From Octopus bimaculoides (Eukaryota), in contig NC_068982.1 of NCBI RefSeq assembly GCF_001194135.2, positions 117,286,210 to 117,324,936 on the forward strand: a stretch of DNA of 38,727 bases. The letters are read 5' to 3'. The position numbers and the translations under genes are program-made. Numbering within the stretch: the stretch's first letter is position 1; each line of letters begins with the position of its first letter. The notes under the pieces are model-generated. The model was not told the DNA's origin. It saw only the letters and a list, made by a program, of their open reading frames with translations, and made no database searches. Of this stretch, positions 23,290-34,779 are shown in pieces.

Positions 23290-24070
23290 TATTTGGATAC
23301 TCATTTGAAGATAAGTCCGTACGACGACCATTCGCTTGTAGAAAACAATGAAACTACTGTAAATAAAACAAACCATTAATAGAACTTCATTAAGGAAAGA
23401 TAAAAACAAAATAGAAATGAAATAGTTTATTATTCTAAAGGATCAATGAAATGTAGAGTTTCTTTTAAATGAAGCCCGGTGTGATCGGTTTGTGGTCAGT
23501 TACGTCATTAATGAGATAAAAAGCTGAAATCTACTTCAGCAAAAATGATAAATAAATTATCTTCATGAAGAAAAGTTATATCTGTTTACATATTAAATTA
23601 GAAAATGGTTTTAATAATTACAGTTTTTACCTCATTACCAAATATTATGACATTATATCTTTCTACATACCACCAGCAATATTGCGTCAGATAGTTTTCT
23701 AAATTTCTAAAAGATAATTAACAATATTACGTAAATTTATTTAATCATTAACTGTTTTCATCGTGGTTCCTGCCAACTATTTCATGAAATATTTATTACA
23801 GGATAAAAGTAATTATGATTATTTATAAGAAATATTCCAGTGATTTTTTCCTCATAATTGATGCATCTTTTTATTTTCTAATATATATATTTATTCCTCT
23901 CATTAGTTTTTGTAAAGTTCTGTGTCCCCCAAATAAGGAGGCTATCAGGAGGTCTAGTTTATTACTGCTTTTGGTTTTCAGTTCAAACTAAACCAGGTCT
24001 TTCTTACCCTTGACATACATATCTGAGCATTTTAGTAGCAGGGAATAATTTGACGCGTTTGTCGGTTGTG
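23290..24070 (+). pseudogene. nAChR-like subunit pseudogene
   Basis: GYSFEDKSVRRP (23295) and IPPAIL (23667) in the same frame 124 codons apart; NCFHRGSC (about 23750-23773, compare C...FGSW); FLSLVFVKFCVP (to 23929); RRSSLLLLLVF. Confidence 0.5.
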
Positions 24071-24125
24071 TATTACAAGACGAATGTTCATGTAAAAATC
24101 TCCTTTTATATCGACACGGATAATA

Positions 24126-24342
24126 CGGTGAGGTAGCATAAACTTCAGCACACCAGACACAATGATCAGTGGTATTTCGTCCGTCTTTACGTTCTGAGTT
24201 CAAATTCCGCATTGATCGACTTTGTCTTTCATCATTTTGAGGTTGATGAAATAAATACCAGTTGAGCACTGGAGTCAATGCCACCGACTTCACCCTCTCC
24301 TCAAAAACTGTTGGCTCTGTGCCAAGATTTGAAACTATTATA
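24126..24342 (+). mobile_element. SINE family B, full length
   Basis: ttacgttctgagttcaaattccgc...cgactttgtctttcatc...aaataccagttgagcactgg. Confidence 0.85.
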
Positions 24343-24479
24343 TTGATACAGAGAGAATACTTGAAATAAATTTAATCACTATGTATAAAAATGTTGGCCA
24401 TCTGCTTTAACACATATATTTTAGGTTAGTTTGTAAAAGGGAAAGTGTTCAATATTAGTGTATGACTGGAGAATTTCGA

Positions 24480-24890
24480 TGACTGGGGCAAGGCCCATTC
24501 AAATATTAAATAATAGCGGGATCCGTGAATATTTTACGGAGTTAACGGTAAACCTATTGGTTTTTTTTTCTGAAAACTTTATCCAAAAAACCTCCTAACA
24601 TAGCCTGTGTTGTGTTGTAGGGAAAGATCATTGCTCATCTCCTACTGATTAAAAAGTGGAAAAAAAATGGGAATTCTATGATTACTTAATGTACTTTATA
24701 TCTACACTTTATATACTTTTATAGGTTAATACAGATCACTCATAAAATAAATATTTACCCTTATGTTCCAATTTCCCCCATCAACAAACAAAAAAAAAAT
24801 GTCCCGTACGATACAGCCTTAAGTCAAATAGCATATATCTGACACGTAAAAAAGCGTGAATATTTCACGGAATTGCACTTATGCGCATGC
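24480..24890. mobile_element. Possible DNA-transposon/MITE remnant
   Basis: Palindromic cgtgaatatttcacg-like motif at 24523 and 24855; ...gatacagcc|ttaa end at 24817-24822. No paired terminal repeat found. Confidence 0.25.
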
Positions 24891-24949
24891 GGTATTTGTT
24901 AGCTGATACCAGAAAAACCTAGTTCAATTTTTAAAAAAATACACTATTC

Positions 24950-25205
24950 ACCATTCAATCACTACCGCCACCTTCACCACCACCAAATCCACCATAACCA
25001 CCATCACAGCCACCACCACTGTGTCCCCTACCACCACCACCATATCTACCACCATCACCATGCCTATCACCACCACCATGTCCATCAACACCACCATGTC
25101 CACCATCATCATGTCCACCAACATCACCACCATCATATCCACCACAACTACCATGTCCACCACCATCACCACCACCACCACAACCACCATGTCCACCACC
25201 ACCAT
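24950..25205. repeat. (CAC/CAT)n degenerate trinucleotide repeat
   Basis: Direct reading; followed by a CT-rich tract. Confidence 0.9.
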
Positions 25206-26642
25206 GTTCCCCCAGCATCTCTCTTTCCAACTCTCACTCCCTCCTCTCTCTCTTTCTCCGCTCTCTGTTATTGTTTAACCTTACCATCAGAACATCACTC
25301 CTCTGCTATAATTATATTTTTAACTATTTTGCTCTATATCATTTCTACCGTCAACTAACTTTTTCAACCACGTAATAAATATTACATTCCTCCTACTTCA
25401 CGTCATGGGCGCTTTTCTCTTCCGCTTTTTTTCTCTCTTCTTTTTCTCTCTGCCACTTTTCTCTGTCCCTCTTTCCTTTCTCCCTCTTTTTCTCTAATCA
25501 CGTGAAAGCCTTACCGACGGGCTAAGTAGCATAATGACAAGCTAAACTATTAGATAATAAGGCTTGTCTCGTTAAAACGCACAAAGTAATATAATTCCAT
25601 TTGATGGTTGAATAAATTTTTTCAACGTATTATTTGGAATATTTTATGGTTCTCAGTTTATGACAGTTAAGGACGTAATGATATTTCAACATCTTATCAT
25701 ATATAAATTTTATTATACATTTATTATACATGCGTATTGTTTGGCAATTGTTTCTTTTTTATTTTGAGGGCTAATTTCCATATTTGCACATTTTAGGACC
25801 GGTTCAGTGAAAAAGAAGAATGTAACGTAGTGGGGAAAACTTGGATACGTACTGACAACACATTTCTAGAAACTTGCGAAACTTGAAATTATTTTGCAAT
25901 TGTTTCTTTTTGTTGTTGTTTCAGGGCGAATTTCCACGACATCATGGACAAAAACATCATAATTTATGGATTTGTTTCCTTTTCTACATACATATTTGGC
26001 TCGAGTTACAAGAGCAACTAAATAATGTGGATATTTTCATTGATTTTCCATCATTTCAGATACTTATAGAAAGGACTTATAATAGGCCTAGTATGTTATT
26101 TCAGATTGCAAGGAATAACAGCGATGTTTAGGACTTCTAATCAAATTCACCCTGAACAGTTTCCTCTTCATCTCTGGATACTGTATATAAATTTGAGGTC
26201 TATGTATCCTATTTTTGCTTGTCAGTTATCTCACCTAAAAGATTATTTCATGTTCTTTCGGAAATATATATGATTGTATGCGATAAGCAAATGAAATTTA
26301 TGGAATTTTTTCCATTTTTTCCTTATGTAGAATAACGTATAGTAAGAGGCGATTTTCATTTATTTTTCCATCACATCAGACACTCATCAAGGTGCTGTAA
26401 TAAACGACTCAGTATGCAACTTTTAGATTCAAGGGTAAAAGGGACAGATTTTGTGATCCTAGTGAAATTCACCCTCAAATAGTTTCTTCCTTGAAAATTC
26501 CGAACTCAATACTCAAGGTTCAAAAACTCAAATTGTCATAAAATGTCTTTAGATAAAATTTTCAACTTATTCATGACTCCTTTCTATCGCACATATATAC
26601 ATTTATTTGAGCAATTTAGAGTGAAAGAAACTTTAAACAAAG

Positions 26643-27060
26643 GTGACCCCCTCGATCCACTGTTTGGCTACGTCTCTACCATTCAACTTGGACCAACATT
26701 ACAACCGAACAAATCATTCTAACTCGTCTCGCTACCTCATATCGGACAACACCCGAAACTGGAATCTAGTTTCTGACTACGAGGCTTGCATATACAATGC
26801 ACAAAACGTACACAGTTTACATATGTGATATCCAGCCATTTTTATTGCTCTCTGTGCTACATTTGCAGTCGCGATGTATTATCCTAAGGAATTATTGAAT
26901 TGTATAGAAAATAAGTCTACCTTTCTTGCGATACTGAAAAGCTATTAAGATAAATTGTGTGCATGTGTCAGATAATGCGAAAATTGTTCACTTGAATGTT
27001 TCTCGTCAAATCATGCTTATATATTGCTTATATTGTTATTATGAGTATAACTTTCGGAAT
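26643..27060 (+). pseudogene. Cys-loop receptor remnant, Cys-loop to TM3
   Basis: CLATSLPFNLDQH (26661) and NTRNWNLVS (W at 26760); then in one frame PFLLLSVL (26836), *KISL (26905) and VSDN (26965) with near-canonical TM1-TM2 spacing (24 and 21 residues). Confidence 0.5.
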
Positions 27061-27074
27061 TTAGAATATAAGCT

Positions 27075-27330
27075 GATTTATATTGAAAAGAATTCCAATC
27101 GCTGATATTTTGCTTTAATTATTTTTTTTACGTGTATCTAGTGTTAGACTATCCTATGTACCTTATATTTAAGAAGCCACATTGTTTTGATCGGCATAAA
27201 ATACGTTGCAATTTGCTGCAAGTTGAGTGATCAAGAAATGAATCTCTCACTGAGCCGTATTTCGGTTCGTAATTGCAGCCCTGGCCATTGTGCTTAACTA
27301 TGTGTTTTGTGGAAAATGTTAGACGATATA
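27075..27330 (+). pseudogene. Second TM1-TM3 remnant in tandem
   Basis: FILKRIP (27077-27097), ESLTEPYFG and FVIAALAIVLNY (27266-27301). Confidence 0.4.
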
Positions 27331-27967
27331 TGAAGATTTATAAAGTAAGAAATTTTCATTGAAAATAAAACTAATGATTGTTATATAACATTGAACCAAA
27401 AACATATTTTATCTAGAAACTGTAATCCAATAAATTAACCTCAGCACTTCAAATAATTTTGCATTTTTACGACACAGGATGAAATTGAATAAAGTATGAT
27501 TTGAACCTGATTGAACAAATTAAAATTAGAAATATTACTTACAAGCTAAATTAGTCTGCTTACGTTTCTTTGAGTTTCGTATGTTTATTACCTCCCATCG
27601 TTTGACCACGTCTTCACACTTCTTTTTCATAATTATTTTTAAGATAAAATAAATGGACATATTTTACTTATGATGAATGTATATTTATAATCTATGCTTT
27701 CATTTGAATCAATAAAACCCAATAATGTGAATGTGATCACGTAACAAACCGGACTGCTTAGACAATCATTCGCCAAAAAGATAAATACAACGATGCCATA
27801 AATTGTGTATTGTCAAAGAAATATTGATAAGTTAAACAAAAGTTATTATACATAACAGAAGTGCTATGAATTGACATAGTTAAAAAGAATAACATGTACT
27901 TGACATTAATATATCTCGATATGTTCGATAATGAAACAATCTAACATGCAAAATTTACTGAAGTCAG

Positions 27968-28282
27968 GTGATGATGATGATGGTGGTAATGACGATGATG
28001 ATGACGATGATGAAGATCAGGAGGATGATGATGGTGAGGATGAGGATGATGATGAGGTTGATGATGATGATGATAAATTTGATACGAGAACGATAATATT
28101 GTATGGATGAGCAAGTTGATTATATGCAGCTCTATATTTCGCTGATATTTTGTATTATCGAGCCTCATTAGATAAAAAGCAAAGATTAACACGACGGCAT
28201 CTGAGCTCAGCATGTTAAAAGCCAAAAAGAATCCCACTGTGCATTTTGAATCACGTTCTAAATAATAATAATGATGATGATG

Positions 28283-28334
<52 letters not shown>

Positions 28335-28336
28335 TA
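27968..28336. repeat. (GAT)n and (AAT)n microsatellites
   Basis: (GAT)n at about 27968-28075 and (AAT)n at about 28258-28336. Confidence 0.9.
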
Positions 28337-28339
28337 ATT

Positions 28340-29310
28340 ACTTCCATAAACTATTGTTCTAGCAGAAAATGTGTGTGTTGATGTCAAGAAAAAGAAACAT
28401 AATGGGAGTGACCAAAGAAAAATCCTATGATACGAAAGATGGATCCAGCCAGAGTTAGATATCCTCTCGAAGGAAAGCTCTGTGTTAGACCGAAAAGAGA
28501 AAGTGGACTTTAAAAGCGTGCAAGAATATAGAGCACTGAAAAGGAAGTATAATATTGAATGAAAGGGCCTGAAAGTAGTAGTAGAAGAACTGAAACAACG
28601 CCTCGTTGCAAAGAAAGCAAAGATGGTAAGATACGACCAAAGAATAAAGGGTTATTACTAGAATTAGTTATTCAGAATAGATCAGAAGAGATTTTATAAA
28701 GAAATAAATGGAGAGTGTACAGATGAAATGTTGATACCAGACAACAATGAAAGTCAAAGGTTTTTTCGAGTGACATCTGGAGCAAAAATAATGAGCACAA
28801 GAAGAATACTGATTGGTTGCAATAACTGAAACAAACAGTAGTCTGTCCAAAACAGGCAGAACTAGTCCTTTCAGTTAGGGAAGTGAAGGAAATCAGCCAA
28901 AAAATGAGCAATTGGAAGGCCCTAGAACGCGGTGGGGTTCAAGGCTACAGGATCAAAAGATTTCGTGAACGTCATGCACGAATAGCTGCGAAATTCAACA
29001 CCTTGTTAAATGCCCAACAAGTAACACCTGAGTGGCCGACATTGGGTAGGTCAGTGCCGTGCTTGAAAAACATTGAAAAAGGCAATAACTTAGACAATTA
29101 CAGGCGGATAACCTTTTTGCCACTTATGTGGAAGTAATTGACTGGAATACTCGCAGAGTCAATGTACGAACATCTGGTAAAAAATGGAGTCCTGCCATAT
29201 GAGCAGAAGGGTTGCAAGCGTAAGTGCAGAGGTACCAAGGATCAACTCCTGATGGACATAACTGTACTCAGAGACTGCAAGAGGAGGAAAAGTAACTCAG
29301 CCATGTCATG
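28340..29310 (+). mobile_element. R4/Dong-clade LINE fragment (pre-RT and RT N-terminus)
   Basis: ELKQRLVAKKAKMVRYDQR; IDQKRFYKEING; GVQGYRIK; NYRRITFLPLMWK*LTGILA; [19 protein letters not shown]. Confidence 0.9.
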
Positions 29311-29314
29311 CATC

Positions 29315-29742
29315 GGAGGACATGAGCCGCAAGTGATAGAAATCAAACATCTAGTCAACATCAATGTGTTTGGAATGGTCACTATTGATGGCGACGTTAT
29401 GCCGTCATTCATCTTCCCACACGGTCTCAGTCTCAACACGGATGCCCACATCAAGTGGCCGCAGGAGTTAGTGCTGTCTTGGGGCAAGAGTGTGCTGCTG
29501 GAATACCCTATGTCTGCTAACAGGACTCTGCACCATGCCACACAAACAGAAGCCAGTCATGGCTGTCGGACAATTTCTGTTACTGCATCAACCCCTAAAA
29601 TCTGGCCTCTTAATTTCCCAGACTGCAATCACCTTGATTATCATGCCTGGGGCGCAGTTGTGCGAGAGACCAACAAAACTCCTTGAAACACTAAAGATGA
29701 ACTGATGGCAACGATTATGGTAGTTTATTCACCACACCCTGT
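29315..29742 (+). mobile_element. DD37D (maT-type) transposon 3' fragment
   Basis: [27 protein letters not shown]...[18 protein letters not shown]; ends caccctgt like the terminus at 34598. Confidence 0.9.
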
Positions 29743-29754
29743 GTGTGTGTGTGT

Positions 29755-29875
29755 GTGTGGTTAAGTTGGTTATCTTGGTTAAGTTTTTTCTGCTATAGCC
29801 CAAGCGTGACCAAAGATTTTTGAACGGGCTTGTAAGATATTAACAGTGAAGAAGCCTGCCATATGTATATATATA
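29755..29875 (+). mobile_element. SINE family A internal fragment
   Basis: ttctgctatagccc...gaccaaag...aacagtgaagaagcctgccatatgtatat. Confidence 0.55.
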
Positions 29876-30223
29876 TAAGATAATAAGAGTGAAAAAACTA
29901 CAGAAGGCTTGTGTTACATGGTTAAAGTGTATATTTAAATTATGTCAGAAATATGTTATAAAATTTTTTTGGTATATAAACATTGTATTTGGAGAAATAA
30001 CCGGCTTCGTGTTGTCTTTTCAAATTTCTCTACTTCATTGTAATATGTATTCGCGCCCGTCTGAAAAGAAGAGTTCTAGATAGGGGGAGGTAATTAGGGA
30101 TTTCTTCCGGTATAAGGGAGATAATCGAAATGTAGGAGGTGGTAGATTTTGATTAATTTACCATGGTTTTGTTCTATATTTTTTCCCTCTCACTGGGGTG
30201 ATGGATTTCCTTATTTAAATGTG

Positions 30224-30517
30224 TTAGCAATGATTAAGTTTGGGTTTGTATTTTTGAATGAGGAAGGTTTCCTTATTTAATCTAATTTGTGTTTGTGTTC
30301 TAATGGCACATTGATAGAAAGGAAAGATTATAAATTGTGGTAGCATTTGTTTTGCGCATTTCTCAATATGCTCACTAAGAGGTATAATTCGGTATTCTGG
30401 GCATGCAATCTGCTGTTGATGCAGAGTGCATCTGCGTCTGAGCGATAATCCTGTGGACCCTATGTAGTTTTCATGGCAGCCCGAGCATCTTATTACATAA
30501 AGAAGGTTTTCTGAGGC
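30224..30517 (-). mobile_element. Penelope-like element GIY-YIG endonuclease, open to its stop codon
   Basis: ASENLLYVIRCSGCHENYIGSTGLSLRRRCTLHQQQI...LSEHIEKC...RLNKETFLIQKYKPKLNHC*: 97 codons with no stop; missed by the ORF track because it starts in the gap. Confidence 0.92.
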
Positions 30518-30518
30518 A

Positions 30519-31420
30519 NNNNNNNNNNNNNNNNNNNNNNNNNNNNNNNNNNNNNNNNNNNNNNNNNNNNNNNNNNNNNNNNNNNNNNNNNNNNNNNNNN
30601 NNNNNNNNNNNNNNNNNNNNNNNNNNNNNNNNNNNNNNNNNNNNNNNNNNNNNNNNNNNNNNNNNNNNNNNNNNNNNNNNNNNNNNNNNNNNNNNNNNNN
30701 NNNNNNNNNNNNNNNNNNNNNNNNNNNNNNNNNNNNNNNNNNNNNNNNNNNNNNNNNNNNNNNNNNNNNNNNNNNNNNNNNNNNNNNNNNNNNNNNNNNN
30801 NNNNNNNNNNNNNNNNNNNNNNNNNNNNNNNNNNNNNNNNNNNNNNNNNNNNNNNNNNNNNNNNNNNNNNNNNNNNNNNNNNNNNNNNNNNNNNNNNNNN
30901 NNNNNNNNNNNNNNNNNNNNNNNNNNNNNNNNNNNNNNNNNNNNNNNNNNNNNNNNNNNNNNNNNNNNNNNNNNNNNNNNNNNNNNNNNNNNNNNNNNNN
31001 NNNNNNNNNNNNNNNNNNNNNNNNNNNNNNNNNNNNNNNNNNNNNNNNNNNNNNNNNNNNNNNNNNNNNNNNNNNNNNNNNNNNNNNNNNNNNNNNNNNN
31101 NNNNNNNNNNNNNNNNNNNNNNNNNNNNNNNNNNNNNNNNNNNNNNNNNNNNNNNNNNNNNNNNNNNNNNNNNNNNNNNNNNNNNNNNNNNNNNNNNNNN
31201 NNNNNNNNNNNNNNNNNNNNNNNNNNNNNNNNNNNNNNNNNNNNNNNNNNNNNNNNNNNNNNNNNNNNNNNNNNNNNNNNNNNNNNNNNNNNNNNNNNNN
31301 NNNNNNNNNNNNNNNNNNNNNNNNNNNNNNNNNNNNNNNNNNNNNNNNNNNNNNNNNNNNNNNNNNNNNNNNNNNNNNNNNNNNNNNNNNNNNNNNNNNN
31401 NNNNNNNNNNNNNNNNNNNT
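30519..31420. other. Assembly gap
   Basis: N run. Confidence 1.
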
Positions 31421-31469
31421 ATATATATATATATATATATATGTACATATATCTGTGTTGTGTCACATA

Positions 31470-31700
31470 TATACATGTGTATCGGTGTCGGTTTTTTTTA
31501 TATTTCCACCAATGGCGCTTCACAACTGTTTAGACTTAGGTACGTTCCCATACCTTATCTGTCCGGCTTTAAAAGAACGTTAGAATATATTCCAGGCTTA
31601 AGAAAAATAAGCTTTGCCATCGATTCGTTCAACTAAACTATAGCTTCAAGGTGGTGCCCATGCATGGCCGCAATCTAACGACTGAAACATGTGAAATATA
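31470..31700 (+). mobile_element. SINE family A, 3' part
   Basis: tcgattcgttcaactaaac...caaggtggtgcccatgcatggccgcaatctaacgactgaaaca. Confidence 0.8.
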
Positions 31701-31766
31701 ATACATATATGTTTGTATGTGTGTGTGTGTGTGTGTGCGCGCGTACGTGCGTGCGTGTGTGTGTAT

Positions 31767-32560
31767 GGCGGTATAAATGTTAATAAGGGCGTGTACGTGT
31801 TTGTTGTGCCAAAGTATCTATCTTGTATCATTGACATGAGATATTTTGTTCGTTTCTTTGTACAATGGATGACAGCAATCGGATCATTTATATAGAGAGG
31901 GATGCATTTCCGTACGGTGCACTCTTCAAAACGTTGAATCAACTTTGAGACGCTCATTTCGTTGTTGAATAAACTATCCAAGAAGGTAATCAATTCAGGT
32001 CGAACAGCTACACAGTATCTAAATTTCAAAGAAAAACAGATCCAAGACAGTTCATACGTTTACTTCATATTTGACAGTTGTTTCTATTTCAGAATTGCAT
32101 GTCACAAACAGAAGATACTTGTACGTTCTGATAAAATTGATATCCATCATCTGCTGAAAGAGTTTCCCCAGATTCAAACTTTTGGAAAAGTTGCTACATA
32201 TTGCAGTGGATATATATAGTCAGTACAAGTTGTTGATGTGGTTACGTGTATCTTATTTCAAGAGTTCATATAGAAATGAAGAATAAATTCCTGAACTATA
32301 TATTTACTACATAAAAATATATTTTATTTGCTGGTCGATGATAATACGTAAACAAAATGTAGAATCTAGTTGAATGAAGTAATCTATGCAAGAAATTTCA
32401 GATATAGAAATTATAGAAATAACAGCCAAGTGGTGGTTTTCAGTCATGTGGCGCAGAGAAATGACGGGAATGGCTTTAACTGTAATCGACTAAGAAGCTA
32501 AGAGCAGGGTTAGCAAACTTTTTTTTTTATTAATGGAACGCTAGACATTCTAGAAACTTT
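31767..32560 (+). pseudogene. nAChR-like subunit pseudogene, Cys-loop to TM4
   Basis: ORFs 31713 and 31962 share one frame: KGVYVFVVPKYLSCIIDMRYF (31821-31847), QWMTA, KR*I, SSYVYFIF, RSDKIDI (32127), SVQVVDVVTCI; later MALTVID and FFINGTLDIL (about 32470-32555). Confidence 0.6.
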
Positions 32561-32876
32561 CAAGAAAACGCTAAGCTTGTTGAATAATTAAGAATCACGT
32601 CTCATGTCATAGATTCTTCGAGAAACTTAGGTTGAGAGGTTACTCTATAATCTTTCTTGCAAGGGAGATCATTCAACTATCTACCTACCGCTACACATCC
32701 CTTAGGCAGACATAATGGTATACAGTAATGAAAATAGTAAAAATGTACACATCATCATATGTCAAAAAATATTTCGGGTCCAAAGTGAAACTTCAACGTT
32801 CAAACTTCTGTAACGTATGTGTGTGTGTGCATGCAATATAGAGGTAGAAAAAATTGTGCATCTCGGGAAACATTAT

Positions 32877-33209
32877 TCAACGCAATGTATAGAGAACAGG
32901 ATTTATTCGAGTGAGAAAAAGCCAATCGTAGCGTGACTGAGGCAGAATGTGTTTACACACGAGTGGCAAAAAAAGACAGTGACATGCTGGCGCGTTGCAA
33001 GAGACATGCAACTTTCTGTTTATAACGTGAGCATCCAGGGGTCTAATAGAGTTAAGTTGTGTCTTACAAGGGCGCAGAGAGCATGAGAAAGCAACCCCAA
33101 AATATGGTATATGGTGCATGTGTATAACTGGGTGAATGCATGCAAGCATGTGTGCAAACGTTGAGAGAATTTCACAAATATACAGAATATTCTTAAAAAA
33201 TATGTACAT
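32877..33209 (-). pseudogene. Possible receptor N-terminal fragment
   Basis: 110-aa ORF with a hydrophobic start, SIRPL, and DWLFLTRINPVL in W-L-x3-[W]-x-[D]-x2-L register. Confidence 0.3.
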
Positions 33210-33384
33210 GAATAGATGTCATGAAAAATAAAAAAATTAAGTGATATACAAAACTAAGCAAATGCAAGGTAAAGTGAATAAATACATGAAAAAGCAAGCA
33301 ACAGAAATGCCAAAGTAGGCGCAAGCTAAGGAAAAATTCGAATTCATTGGCAAGTGTACAAGTTAATTGACGTCATGCAAGTTT

Positions 33385-33618
33385 TTAGAAAGTGCACAAT
33401 AATTGAATCCAACGATGCGAAAATACGGAAAGTTCATGATATGTATATAGTGCACGTATACTGAAAGTGAAAACAGTAGTGCAAGGCATTGTCAAAGTAC
33501 ATACATGAAAATTCGTCTGAAAAATTTTAATACGCCGAGAATTTATATCTCGCAATTTCATATAAGAAAATGATGATATGACAAAAACTGTAACGAACTT
33601 GCAGTGGCAAAAGTTCAC
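33385..33618 (-). pseudogene. Possible receptor N-terminal fragment
   Basis: 77-aa ORF with signal-like KFVTVFVISSFSY, PCTTVFTFSIRAL and RWIQLLC. Confidence 0.25.
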
Positions 33619-33799
33619 CTGGTGCCAAGATGATCATAAGAAGATGGGCTTGCAGTGGTAAAAACGGTGTAAGCCATACACTGAACAAAACAGGATGTTT
33701 AAATGAGCTGGTTACTGTACTTGTGACGTAAAAGCATATTGAAATAATAAAAATCTGGAATTTGAAACTTCCATATATAAACTGGTTGAAATATTGAAT

Positions 33800-34604
33800 T
33801 TATTCCATTTTGATTTTGTCCGTTTGACTGGTGATGTAAACGACGTTATCAATGCTCAGGAGTAGTAGTGAGAGTTGATAAATGTACCTCAAAATGGTTC
33901 TTGCAGTCCATATGAGGAGATGGTGAACTTGCAGAACAACCGTTGGCTTGCCGTATTTCCAAAATATGTACCGCGAGTAATAAAAATCAAACATCCAGTC
34001 AACATCATGGTGTTTCGAGTGATCAGTAGTGATGGCGACGTTATGCCTCCATTCCTCTTCCCACAAGGCTTCAGACTCAACACGAATGCCTACATCAAAT
34101 GTCTGGAGGAAGTAGCGCTGTCTTGGGTCAAGAGGGTGGCTGCTGGAAGACCCTATTTGTGGCAACAGGACTCTGCGCCATGCTACACAAGCAGGAGAAC
34201 ACAGTCATGGCTGTCAGACAATTTCTGCGACCACATCACCACTAAAATTTGGCCACCTAACTTCCGAGACTGCAACCCACTTTATTATTATGTGTAGGGC
34301 GCAGTTGAGTGAGAAACCAACAAAACTCTTTGTAACACCGAAGATGTTATAAAGGGGAAGGTTATGGGAGCATTCACTAACTTAAACAAGGAAACTGTCC
34401 AGAAGAATAGCAGGAGATTCCGAAGTCGTCTGGTGACAGTGGTTCAATGGTTGTAGGCAATGGGGATTTTATTGAATAAACTACTCTTTAGTATTTCAAG
34501 ATATTTTTATGTAATTTTGGTAAATATACCTGTTAAAATCAGATGTCAGTGCTATTCTCATTTTTGCGTAATTTAGACGAAAATTCATTCACCACCGCAC
34601 CCTG
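33800..34604 (+). mobile_element. DD37D (maT-type) transposon, 5' truncated, third D mutated
   Basis: ORF 33875: WQQDSAPCYT...WPPNFRDCNPLY with 37 residues after the QQD aspartate; 3' terminus caccctg|TA at 34598-34606. Confidence 0.92.
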
Positions 34605-34779
34605 TATATATATACTTGTGCGTGTGTGTGTGCGTGTGCACGCGCGAGTTTGTGTGTGTATGTATGTATGTATGTATGTATGTGTATGTAAACATGCATG
34701 TATGTATGTGTGTGTAAGTAATTTTCTGTGGAAAATGAATACTTGTTATTTAATACAAGTTTGAGAACAAATACTCCAT

